Assembly: GCF_964204645.1 (NCBI RefSeq)
Contig: NC_134031.1
Coordinates: 14,309,807-14,373,806 of the forward strand
Direction of reading: 5' to 3'
DNA: 64,000 bases
DNA from: Tubulanus polymorphus
Taxonomy: Eukaryota; Animalia; Nemertea
Both the position numbers and the translations under genes were made by a program. The notes under the pieces were generated by a model. The model did not search any database, had not been told where the DNA came from, and saw only the letters and a program-made list of their open reading frames with translations. Position 1 is the stretch's first letter; each line of letters starts with the position of its first letter. This document shows positions 51,501 to 64,000 of this stretch, in pieces.

Positions 51501-52578
51501 TAATCTCTGCCATTCGTATATCAAAAATGTCGTCTTATCTCTGCGCGGGTACAAGGCGTCGAGTCACTGTACTCCCTAGAGGGGGTGTGAGGAATTGATA
51601 TCGTTCAACGTTCGTTCGTGTAGGTTTCTGAGAAAAATATCTAATTTTGTGATTAACAGGGATATCATTTAGTGGTGAATGATTAATTCGATTAATGATT
51701 GGGGCGAGGGAGATGTCGAGAGACCTGTGTTCGAGCCGTATGTAACAAGACACTGATATCCATCGCTACTTGTAACCCCCAAGGCCTCGAGAAGACAACC
51801 CGCTGTACAGTCCCATTCGTATCCGGCCAGCAACGAGTTGAATTACTGAATGAAACACACTATAACGGTGATCAATATATTTAGTGAAAATCGAAATACA
51901 GCTTTTGACAATTAGAAATGTTCGAAAGTTGAAAATTGTATCGATACCGAAACCTATTGGCTGTTTCCTAAACGAGGATTTTGACGTTATTTTTTGATTG
52001 AGTGTCCCTTGCAGACCCACCACACCTGTCCTGAGTGAAACGGGGTTTGATTTTGAAACCGGATATCGAAGTACAGATATAGGCCTAGTTGTGTGATCGG
52101 TGGTCGAATTCACAGAATTTTTTGTTTAAATCGAACGTATTGGCTGTTTCCTAACATAGGATTTTGACGTTAACGTATTGACTGTTTCCTAAAACAGGAT
52201 TTTAACGTTAACGTATTGGGTGTCTCCTAAAAGAGGATTTTGAAAATTGCTGAAGCATAAAGTCGAAACGTCAAAATTCATCATTTGCTATACGCATATT
52301 ATGGGCTTTCAAATTCATGTATTAAATCGATTTTCATCACCTGCATAAAATCCGTCAAAACGGAAAATCTAAAAAATGCATTTTTTATATTGCCTATTGT
52401 GACAGTGTGATCGTATTTTTACGTTATAACGTTCACGGGAAACGTTCCGCGCAGCGTTCTTCGTAACGTAACTTCGTGAAACGTCGTTAATTGTTTTAAC
52501 AGCGTTTCAACAATTTTCACTGCAATATATTCCTTCGCCGATAACGCAATTAATTTCGTATTTTTCTTTTCTCTGCAG

Positions 52579-52654
52579 CAGATCGTCCCAACGCCGACAC
52601 GTTTCCAATATAAGAACTAGTCTAATAAAGTGCGCAGCAGGCGTTGTGAGAAAG
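52579..52654 (+). other. Candidate exon (76 nt)
   Basis: tttttcttttctctgcag| acceptor (NAGNAG) and AAG|gtaaaa donor; the frame starting at the second base is open but gives no recognisable protein. Confidence 0.3.
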
Positions 52655-55600
52655 GTAAAATTCACCCTTTTATCATTTATCATTGTCGTATCACGCTGTG
52701 TCGTTAATTGAATAGCTGAACGTCGTAACTCGAAAGACTTACAGACGAATTTTTGCGTACCATAAATTTTGATGGATTAAAAACACCGGAATTAACTCAA
52801 TAACTGAACGTCGAAACTCGAAAGACTAATATTCTTACTTTTTTTCGGACGAAAAGTTTTGATGGATTAGAGCTGGGATTAACTCGGAGAAATTTATAAC
52901 ATGATGTAAAATGAACTAATTATTCCTTTGTCAAAGATTCCACTGGTGGCCAGTTAGGATCCGCTAGGCGTCGCTAAAGCCTTATTGATGTACATTTTTA
53001 CATGTCTAAAATGAAAAATAAGAAAAAACGAACTGAAACTAACGATACCAGTCAACATGAAAAAACTTGGGTAATTGACAACGACATATAATACTGATGT
53101 GTATTGATTGTTCATGTTCTACAATATGAGAGAGCTCGACAGTGCGGGAAAGGTTCTTTTAAGTGCATGTATGTTTACGTAGCTGCTGTTGCTACTGCTA
53201 ACTGCTCAGATATAACTGATTACTTCACGTGCGACAGAATCAAGTTCTAATTAAACCGTTCATATCTAATGATTGATAACAGTGAAAACTGTTGAAATAT
53301 GGAATCAGCTGACAGGAACTTGTATTGTCTACCATATTGTGTATAGCATCGCTTACTGCTGGGAATAAATCTCATACAGTATGTGGAGGTTGACTGACAC
53401 TTTAAAATGCCATTTGAATCGTTAAAAAAAATCAGCCAAACTAGTTTTTAGATATCGCCAAGATCAAAGCGGAGCGCTTTTTACTCCCTCTCCTCATTCT
53501 TTCTAACTCACCCTTCCCCCTCCCACTCTCGTCTTTCTCTTTTTTTCTCCCTCTCCCTCTCTCTTTCTCTCTCTCATCCCTGCGATCCCCTCATCTATCT
53601 CCCTCTCTACCCCGTTTCTATGCACACTCACTTCCTCCCATGTCCCACCACCTCCCCTCCTCTCTCTCCTCTCCTTATCTATCTCTCCCTCACTCTCGGA
53701 AATTAGAAATCGCGACGTCACAACAATTTAATGGTGATCAGAGATATTGCTGATTTAATTAATGACTTCGTGACACGACATCAGTTTGAATTATAGCGAA
53801 TAATTGCTAGATTAGATAATTACTTCTATCCGCAACCACGATCACGTCATCAAATCGACAGAGACAGTGCAGACCGCGCGCAGGAGACCGCGCCACCGCC
53901 ATCGACACTTAAATTACCCCTAACGTCAATTACAATAATGTAATCATAGGTTGTATCAACAAACGGTATACATGTAATTAGTTTAAAGATATGATTTAGA
54001 ATGCCAAATTAGTCCGAAATGCTGTTTTTATTCCGAGGGTGAGATTTCGTATTTTATGTTGAATCCCTTATCTTGAATAGCTCAGTTTCAGTTTAGTTGA
54101 TTTACTCCACAAGTTATGATAACATTGCACAGAGCATGAAAATAACGCAGAAATTACAGCATATTACAAAAATATAATGACAGTATTAACAATAATCATA
54201 TTGATAATAATAACAATAATGATAATTATAATTCAAATGAAGATAAAGGTAAAGCGGAATTTTAGTATCGAAATCCGATGATTATACACTATATTAAGTA
54301 AATAATTTGATACATTTTTTATGAATATCGCCAGATTGAACAAAGTTTTACGTCTCGAACCGAAAAGGTAATGTAGGGTATTTTTTCATTGGGATGTCGG
54401 ATGTCGCCAGTAGTAACTATAGGTATACATTTGCTTCTCAGGCTTTGAAAAAATGGACATACTAAAAGAAAATGAAATTCTTCTCCAGTTGCTGCCCAAA
54501 TTACATTTCTGACAAATTGTATGGAAAATGCTGGAAAATACCGATTGTTCCCGAATCGAATCCTATGGTCTTCGAGCGAACATTCACGAACGAGTTAATT
54601 TCTTGGGCATTGCTATCGTGATGGTTACTTCAATACATGCATTTTCAATAATTCAAACTTGATTACCGTTTTAAGCTAGAACTATTTCATGAAGCTGAAC
54701 CGTTAAGTCGTCATTTACAAAGAAAATTCCATTTTTTTGCTACTCGTGTATAGACTCAGAGTATGAACCATCATAGTTTTCAAGGTCCCATATTTCTCGT
54801 TTATGTTCGCGAGATTTTACGATCGTAATTTTCTCGTCCGGCGACGACGACCGGACAAGAATAAACGATGACCCAATTCGACGATAAAAACTTAATAAAC
54901 AACCGGCAAAACAAAATTCCAAATGAGTCGACGTGTGTCAGGCTTCCCCGTGAGGGATGGTTAGAGGTAGAATCCGCCCGGTAGGAAATTTTATCGACGG
55001 TAATCGTTCAGGACGAAGTCGTTAAGTTAAATGAGTATTCAGACGCAGTCCGTTAACTGCGTCCTAATAGTCTCATCATCAACTCAGCGAAATTTACACA
55101 GACTAGACCGCTACGCGAAGAATATTAAAGACTCAGTTTACGGCGTTTTAAAGCAAATTATTTCGCCATTAGCTCTGACAGTGGATGATGACTGCAGCAG
55201 TTCTGATATTGCAACCAATGACGAATTGTAATAGTCACACCACATGCGCGCACGCGTTAAAAACGTCGTGCAAACGAATGCTTTTCCGGACGTGACTACG
55301 CCACGTGTACAGGCCCGGTTTCGTCATATATCTGGGCTTAAAACGGTTATGTTTGAATGGGGTACCCGCAGTGCTACTGTGGCAAACGAGGATCCCCCAG
55401 ATTCGCTAGTCCGCGCTCGACATTTTTAACTCTCAATTTCGACTTCTACATTTCAATTAAATCTGAACGAATATTTCTCTTAAATGAATATTCATTTACC
55501 GATATCTGAGTGGAAAAATTTACTCCCGGAATGAACAAAACATTGTACATATTGGTGTTGCTGGGATAATATATGGATTGAGGAGTCTAAATCTAGTTAA

Positions 55601-55818
55601 AAGTTAATCGAAAATTAACTAATTTTGACAACGGATGACCTAGTGCTCGTCACGCCATCTGGTGGGATAGCTGGTTATGCGAGTTTCCCATTGTAGTCGA
55701 CAAGTCACCGACAGCAATTAAATCGAGAATTTGAGTTTTTCATGAAACTGGGCCCATATCGATTTAGCGAGCACATAAAGCGATTTACATGATAGACCCT
55801 CGTATTTTGTCATCTCCT

Positions 55819-55947
55819 GGGGCCGGTTGCGTAGTCATGACTTGATTTAAGACCAGTTTAGTTATTTAGCCAATCTAACAACGTAAGACCAGTCTTAAGA
55901 TTTCAGGCCACTTTGGGACTTAAAGTCATGACTGTGCAACTGACCCC
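55819..55947. mobile_element. MITE with ~25-bp TIRs; internal taagaccagtcttaag unit shared with tandem arrays at 18480-18600, 41060-41265 and 42445-42700
   Basis: ggggccggttgcgtagtcatgactt ... aagtcatgactgtgcaactgacccc. Confidence 0.7.
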
Positions 55948-58900
55948 CAATTATATTAAAGTCGAGCACTGGCGGTCGAACAAACTATGACATCACGTGC
56001 AACAAAAACGCCGTTTAATGTCGGGGTCCGGCAGGGTTATATTCTGTACCGGATACATTTCTATATCAACTTTTCAAGGCCGGTATTTTCTGTCGGGGGT
56101 ATTGGCTGGACTTTGTTCTGTACCCTTTATCAACATTTCTAAGGCTGGAATTTCTGTTGGGGGTTTGGCTTGGCTGTGTTCTGTACCCTTTATCAACTTT
56201 TCTAAGACTGGAATTTCTGTCGCAGTTCAGCAGTTCTGTACTCTGTTCGCGGAAACACACCGCTTGCTTATCAGCTCCCGGTACCAAATCTGGGAATTAT
56301 GATTACGCGTTAATCCCTTTTTACGACATCGGAAAGCAGCCTGTCATTTAGTGTAGTACGTCACGTGACTAGTAGCTGGAGTTAGTAGTGTGGCTAAAAA
56401 TCTGCCGTCTGAAATAAAACTGTTAAATTCTCAAAATCAACAATTCATCAAATATCAAATACGTTTCAAGTCTGAAAGTAGAACAGTAGATTGTATTTCT
56501 CAATGGAAATAGAATATAATTCGTTGTACTATCAGCTGAATGAATTGACGAAATAGATGATGGTATCTAAAGATAGATTGATATATCTGATACTTATTGC
56601 TATCAACATGTAACGCCTTAATGTGATCACTTTCAATATCAAGTACAGTCTGATGTATCCCCAGCTGGATCCCCGTAGTAAGCATATGTGCGTGATTGAT
56701 TGACCCCGCAGATCTGTAGTGTCAAAAGCTGACCCAACCCGACGCCACAAGGGTTTCGTTGCGGCTGGACACCAGTCTGATCAAATCTGTTTTCCCGTCA
56801 CTGTGGACACCTCGCGGGTACCATGCCGATATTTAAATCGATAGACATTAATTGATAGGCCTAATTACGATGATAATATTACTAATCTTTAATGAAAACA
56901 ATTTCTATAATTGACCCTCATTAAAGCGTTTCTCCTACTTTCTGTCACAATGTCATCCGTGCGACTTTTTGATCAGTCGTTAGATTCTAAATCGAGTCAG
57001 TACTATTTCTAAATTGAAAGGAATCACAAAAAGGGAAGAAATTCTAAATATAGCCTCCTACTTCAAGAAGTCGTGGTTATTTTTATCGCTTACCACTTCT
57101 TTATGACATGTCTTCTGAAATCGTCGCCGTTCGACTACATAATTGAGTTGCTATTTTCAACGGTCTTGTCAGTTGAATCACTATGGATATCAATCAAATT
57201 GACGACATTATTTTCAGTTGTCTGTGATGGGGACGGGGTGCGACAAGGCGCCGTAATGTGTACCATTGTATTATCGGGCGCGCATCGCGTGCAAGATAAA
57301 CCCCTTCCCAACATCCCCTCCCTCGTCAGGAGAAACCAAACTGATTATGTCAATCAAAGCTCGTTAGAATAGGCCTATTTGATTATAATCACTTATTTTC
57401 ATCCGATTTCATTTTAAAGCGAAAACTCAAGTGCAGTAAACAACTTTTTCCCAATATTTTGTTTAAACGAATGACATATCATAAAACATTAATGAATTCC
57501 ACGAGATAATTGCACGTGCCTATTTTAGGCTAAAGCGTCCATATTGGAGTTTGATGATCGGATGTGGACTCGGGTGAGCTGGTTAAGGCTTTAATGTGAT
57601 CCAATCAAAGTCGTGCGACGACCATGATGGCCGGCCGACCTATAGTTGTTCTTCATGGAAACGGCCGGCCCATGTCGTTTCATAGAAGACAGGAAACCAA
57701 ATAGTCAAAACTCCACCATTTCGAAATCGATTTTAACTAGCGGTCTGATAATTGGTGAAATATATAGTTAACGCAGGAAAGTTAAATCAAACGTGTTAAA
57801 AGTGTTTCTATGAAACAACCGACCCAGGTCCGGAGACAAGACGGGAAGGCAGGAAGTTATACCTCCACCATTTCGAAATCGATTTTAATTAACGGTCTAG
57901 TTATTAGTTATAACACAGGAAAGTTTTATAAGTGTTTCCCGGAAGTAGGTCAAATCTCCACACTCCTTAGTCTGTTGTCGCGTATAAAAACGTTTGTCTC
58001 TTTAACCGAAAATCGCTGACCGCTAATGATTCCTGTATCTCAGGCGATCGATAACGATTCATTATAATTCGCAGCATCGTGATTTGTATGCATTTATTCG
58101 ATACCTAAATTACTTCCGTTTTCGCGGACTATTTGTCTTAATGGCGCGGCGGATCAGTGTAGCTAAACCCCATATAAACAACAGCGGCAGCAGAGCAAGC
58201 CGATCGCTTGTCGCTGACCACAACCGAGCGCATACTGATAAGCCATTGTTATGTATGCATCAAAAGGGTCTTTAAACACCGCGGTACTTATCGGTCGGGA
58301 ATTGTAAATCCTATAATGGAACAAACTGAGGCATTCTGAACGTATACTTTGCAACGTAATAGAAAGAAAATAATTCATTTGGTAATGTGAAGATTCGGTC
58401 AATCCTCCTTCGGCGCAATTTAAGGGGGGACACGCCGCGTACGACCACCTAGATCCGCCACTGAGAAAGTACGCATGCGCATTGAGAGAAGAGGCAGAAG
58501 GGGAGCTTTCCTCTCACTCGAACAAAATTGAGAGGTTTCTTCAGTTATCACTTGGAACTAAACTGGGAGGTCTCCGGTTAGCACATGGAACCAACAAGGG
58601 TCGTCTCCGGTTTTCATTCCGGAAACAAACTGGGTCGTCTCCGGTTATCACTGTTGACACCAATCGAGTCGCCGTCTCCGTTTGAATCACTGAAATATAT
58701 CTCCGCGATAGAAAGTGTTCTAATTGCCCCTCGTAGAATCAAATTAAAACTTGCAACCGCGCCTCCACCAACCTTGAAAATTACCCTTATACTAATTGCG
58801 TTCAGTGAGCAATGAAATGAGAAATCTATTTAGGAAAAATAATGGGCGTGGTTTTCTTGTTTTCTTAACCCGCCCATTTCGCGAGTGTTTGTGCTTCAAA

Positions 58901-59939
58901 GCGTAATTCTCATAATGGTTGATTAATTATTGATTTATTAGTGATTTCTAATTAGAAACAATCGTGAACGAAGTTACGGCCGATTCCGCGTTCGATGTTG
59001 TTGGTTTTATTTGATACTCTGTCGATTAAGAACTACGAACGCAAGTCAACCAGACTAAACCATCGCCGCCCGTCGGTTCCGGTAGTATTCCTTTTCTCGC
59101 GACCGAGCGCGCGCGCAAACGCATTGCGGATGGATTAGTTACGCAACGTCATAAAAACCGAGTATTACGCCCGGTCTAAAAATATACGCCTTTAAGAGGT
59201 AGCTTATTCATACCCCGGAAAAACCGACTTCAATTAAATCTCATTAAAAAACAATGTTTGATCGTGATCCGATCCCCTGTGTTCTACACCGATAGTTCTG
59301 TTTACCCGTCACAAACCCGTATCGAGAAGAATACTGTTTCATCTAACAGAAATGTGGATCTTTCATCTTCGAGATGATATGAAAGTTCTATGAAACGCTG
59401 CAAGGATCTAGAGAGATGTCTCAAAACGCTTTTCGTAGCTTCATTTTACCGTTGAAAGAAATTGCATACCGGTTTTCACTATGACAACAACGAAGATGAT
59501 GAAACCATGATATTGAAAATCGTAATAGTTTACAAATGAAATACTACGACTTACAGTGACCACCTAAACGATTTTGGCTGTATTTTACTATGTTCACGCT
59601 GTAGCATTGTCCAGTCACAATATATATTTGTCAGATACAATATCAAGCGATTCCTGTGGCCGAAAAGCGTGGTTTTGGGATTCGAACCCTCCGCGTCGCG
59701 ATCCAATCAAACACTTCCTCCACCCCTGGGAAAAGCTTCAAACTTTCAATCACCCAGCAAACCTTCCCGAACGATTTTACTGTTACAGGAGATTCCCGCA
59801 TTCCAAGCCAAAATCCTATAAATCCGTTTATATTTTCTTTTCAGTTTCGGTTTGCGACTCGCATTCAGTTTTCTGGCGTTTGTACCGTGTCGAGTCTGTC
59901 TATGTCTGTCCACCTGTCTCGTCTGATCGCACCCAAACG

Positions 59940-60070
<131 letters not shown>

Positions 60071-61289
60071 GTTAAATATCATATTCATTCTCAGACAACT
60101 GGTATGTTTCCGCTCGATTGAAATCCGGTTATAAGATACATGTACACAGTCGGCGGCGGCGGCGGCGGCGGCTGCGATTTTCCGAGGTCGGTGGAGCAGG
60201 AAAAGCTGCGCCGATGGCACTCCAATGATATATTATAGAAATATTTACTGATTCGGGTCGATGTTTAGAGGGAAGATTTTTCCGCCGGGATTTCGCAGAT
60301 TTTGATGGTTGGTTAACGCGCCGGAAAAAAAGTACAGTCTCTTAATGTTTTGCGCTGTGAAATGGATTTGCGCAGTAATAACGGGTAATTTTATATGAGA
60401 TATACCCAAAGCGGTCTGGGAGCCTTGAGGGAAGGGGTGCTGCAACAACACCGAAACTCACTAATCGAATTCTATAGTGTGTTACGAAATAAGTTATTGA
60501 AACTTATTGACCGATTAGGAGAAACTTGGTATCATTTTTAGCCTTAAATGATTGTAATCATGGCAACTTCCTAACTTTCGATGTATCTGAATGTGGATCC
60601 AACTATTTCAACTTTAATGTTTTAAACTGCTTTTTAACTTTTTCCTGAAACTGAACCGAAAAAAATAGTACTACGTACGGTAGCTGCTAACGTTGGGGTC
60701 ACGTGGTCGTTCTGTTAACGGTCAAATTCCCGTTAGGGTAGCGCGTGTGGTGGGTCACGTGGTCGCCTCTCCATCGGGATTAACTTAATGATGAACATCT
60801 TTTTCTCGCCCGCGTAAAACAAGCAATTATTCGGATAAAGCAACTATTTTCCGTCTACGTCCGAGTTTTTTTTTGTCTAGATTTATACCAGATCCCTGGA
60901 AAGTAGATTGTGAATCTGATTCTGTTTTAGCCCATCCCGTCGTCTATTTTTGGTGATATTATTCGTACGGTGTACAATGCACATCCCGCCATTCGCAGTT
61001 AGATAGATTCGGTTACGCATTAAACAGAACCGTGAAACCGAATCCTTCTAATATCGTAACCGCTTCTTGCATGTCGTCTGACCGTCGAGGCTTCTGCAGT
61101 TGCTTTTTGTCGACGCGCAGAAGAAGAATCTGTTAGTTTTCTTTCGCCCAATTGGAGAGTGTTTGCCGCCAATGAAACCGGAAACTTTCCGCGTGCCGTA
61201 TGTTTTTGAAGTTGTAGTACACATGGGATACTGGCACTCACCAGATGGCGCAACAAAACGCTGGGTACAATCCACTTTGCAAAATCCAT

Positions 61290-61510
61290 TAAAAAAGGCT
61301 TAGAAGTATATAAATCCCTCCAATAAGAGTATGTTGTAAAAAGTGTATGTATATATTGTTAACAACTTTCTCGTACTTTATTAAGTCAAGTTTATATTTT
61401 CTGTTTCTGTTAATTGTAAATATTGTATACTTTAAATAAGTCTCACTCCATGTACCATGGAAATGGTTGAAGTGTAAAATAAAATCCTAATCCTAATCCC
61501 AATCTTAATT
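61290..61510 (+). mobile_element. LINE-like 3' end with (ATCCTA)n tail
   Basis: AT-rich UTR-like tract ending in aataaaatcctaatcctaatcccaatcttaat. Confidence 0.35.
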
Positions 61511-61689
61511 ATAAGCAGGGAAAATCAGTTCATTTTCGCTATTGTATTGGATTTCACTGAAAATTGTACTAATCAGTAAAGTTGACCCGTATTCAATTGA
61601 ACTGTATCAGGAACGATACCGATGATTTTATGATGAAGTATAGGCTAATAGATAGATTGTGTTGGTCAGGAGGCACTGTGGATTGATTG

Positions 61690-62665
61690 AGGCACTGCAG
61701 GATGGTTGTGGTGGTTGAGGAGGTACTGCGGGTTGGTTGTGATGGTTGAGGAGGTACTCCGGGTTGGTTGTGATGGTTGAGGAGGTACCGCGGGTTGGTT
61801 GGGTGGTTGAGGAGGTACTGCGGGTTGGTTGTGGCGGTTCAGGAGGTACTGCGGGTTGGTTGTGGCGGTTCAGGAGGTACTGCGGGTTGGTTGGGTGGTT
61901 GAGGAGGTACTGCGGGTTGGTTGTGATGGTTGAGGAGGTACTCCGGGTTGGTTGTGATGGTTGAGGAGGTACCGCGGGTTGGTTGGGTGGTTGAGGAGGT
62001 ACTGCGGGTTGGTTGTGGCGGTTCAGGAGGTACTGCGGGTTGGTTGGGTGGTTGATGAGGTACTGTGGGTTGGTTGTGGTGGTTGAGGAGGTACTGCGGG
62101 TTGGTTGGGTGGTTGAGGAGGTACTGCGGATTGGTTGTGGTGGTTGAGGAGGTAATGCGGGTTGGTTGTTGCGGTTGAGGAGGTACTTCGGGTTGGTTGT
62201 GACGGTTGAGGAGGTACTGCGGGTTGGTTGTGATGGTTGAGGAGGTACTGCGGGTTGGTTGTGATGGTTGAGGAGGTACTGCGGGTTGGTTGTGGCGGTT
62301 GAGGAGGTACTGCGGGTTGGTTGTGGTGGTTGAGCAGGTCCTGCGGGTTGGTTGGGTGGTTGAGGAGGTACTGCGGGTTGGTTGTGATGGTTGAGGAGGT
62401 ACTGCGGGTTGGTTGTGATGGTTGAGGAGGTACTGCGGGTTGGTTGTGGCGGTTGAGGAGGTACTGCGGGTTGGTTGTGGTGGTTGAGCAGGTCCTGCGG
62501 GTTGGTTGGGTGGTTGAGGAGGTACTGCGGGTTGGTTGTGGCGGTTGATGAGGTACTGCGGGTTGGTTGTGGTGGTTGATGAGGTACTGCGGGTTGGTTG
62601 TGATGGTTGATGAGGTACTGTGGGTTGGTTGTGATGGTTGATGAGGTACTGCCGATTGGTTGGTG
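61690..62665. repeat. G/T-rich minisatellite, 30-31-bp unit GGTTGAGGAGGTACTGCGGGTTGGTTGTGAT (~31 copies)
   Basis: Direct periodicity; generates the long minus-strand ORFs in all three frames. Confidence 0.95.
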
Positions 62666-64000
62666 CTGTGTCCACAAACAGCATAGATAATGATGCACTG
62701 TGTGTCAATAATTGTTACAGATAACAAGAGTTAAGGTATCCACTCAAAACGTTCTTACGCAAAATAAATATTGGCAGTGAAATGATTAACGAATAAAAGA
62801 ACCCGCGACGAGGAGGACATCGATGTGTGGTCCGGTATTAACCGAGTATCGCACATTGTAAACATAACACGGACGGGGAACCTCGAAAATTGATGGATGG
62901 GCCACTCCACGTGAACTATCATTGATAGAATGCGGAGTCACCCGTCTATCGTGGTTTTAGCTCTAATAGGGATTTCATATATTTTAGCACGCTGTCATGA
63001 TACAAGTGGTTTTTCCTGCAACACTTGGAATATTCAATTGCTAATGTTTGACTCACTTACCTTCTCTATAGACTGAATGTTTTGGTAACGAATGGTTTTT
63101 TTCCAATCATTCAAGTGTTAAAATAGTGTTTTTACTCATTAGTGAACCCAAACCTGTTTTTTCTTTAGATGTCCCTATTCTGATGGTAAACAATTAATTC
63201 CCAATTCATATCTCGTATTTTCAATATAATTTTAGTAAATCGGAAATATATAGTTTTTGTTGATAGAACAGGCCCCTCGTCGCAGGCGGGTCATCTGAGA
63301 GCACTTATAAGAAAAATTAACATAAACACGACACTGTTGTCCTGGTACCGGTTGTGGACCAAGGTCCAGTTGCCGAGAAAAGTAGATAATTGATAGAGGT
63401 GTTGCCTTGCTGTTCTCGCCCACCTCCCTTGGATTACAGTCCAACGTTTCATGTTCAATATTTTTCAGGTTTCATTTTCGAACCTCGAGAGCAAATTTTT
63501 CAGATTTTTCCAGGAATTTTAATGAACACAAGTAATGAAGCTATTATCCTCCGTCACACGTGTACATACAGCAGACTTAACCCCGCGGGATTGAAGGTGA
63601 CCATTTGAGTTACCGCTTCCTTCGCGTTTCGAGACAGATGGCTTTTTCTGTCGTCGCACGTACGAAAAGCAAACAAGAGATCTATTTCAGAGAAGGAGTG
63701 TTCCGGCGAGCAGACGATCCTAGATCATTGATGAAACACTCTTGCATTCGTGTTGTAACGACGGTATGAAATCCCGCACGACCCAACTACACGCGAGGAA
63801 AAATCCTGTATTTTCAACCTTTCAATCCCAAGAAGCTGCTTTATCGGATCCACATTTTAAATGGCGGCTCCGTTAAGGCTTCTCGCGAGAATAACCCAAC
63901 GTAGCCGCTTAAAAAAACTCGCCTTTTCACTCTCATGAGGATGTATGGCCATGAAAAAGCGGCTCCTTTGAGTTTTTTTAACAGTGGCAGCACCGTTCTA

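Noticed and set aside
52245-52282. ctgaagca...gtcgaaacgtc hammerhead-like string
   Set aside because: No helix II and the core is wrong; better explained as an inverted end of the adjacent ~38-bp repeat (gattttgacgt/acgtcaaaatt).
61628-62727. Long ORFs of 234-356 aa
   Set aside because: Translation of a 30/31-bp minisatellite; the same peptide cycles through all frames.

Overview
Gene-poor, AT-rich eukaryotic genomic DNA with no obvious CpG depletion, resembling an invertebrate animal (the taxon cannot be fixed from sequence). Only one protein-coding gene is well supported: a 3-exon, four-EF-hand calcium-binding protein gene on + (25964-27379) with a TATA box, GT-AG introns and AATAAA. It carries a -1 frameshift at codon 19/20 and sits between mirror-image arrays of a 60-bp foldback-type repeat, which suggests captured cargo. 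The rest is repeat-rich: several MITE families with TIRs and TSDs, satellites built from a MITE terminal motif, LINE relics and microsatellites. The most unusual signal is a set of minimal type I hammerhead-ribozyme motifs of the Penelope/retrozyme type. These are a ~165-bp family with five ribozyme-bearing copies (including a tandem pair at 23.2-23.6 kb), a second-family monomer with a 14-bp TSD at 37.2 kb, and a Penelope-like GIY-YIG relic followed by a third hammerhead at 37.4-37.7 kb. Every copy in the window has at least one core mutation; an intact ribozyme is only reconstructed as a consensus. Isolated spliced exons suggest the window may lie within the long 5' introns of a larger + strand gene. 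Nearly all ORFs in the supplied track are spurious (repeat-derived or chance).
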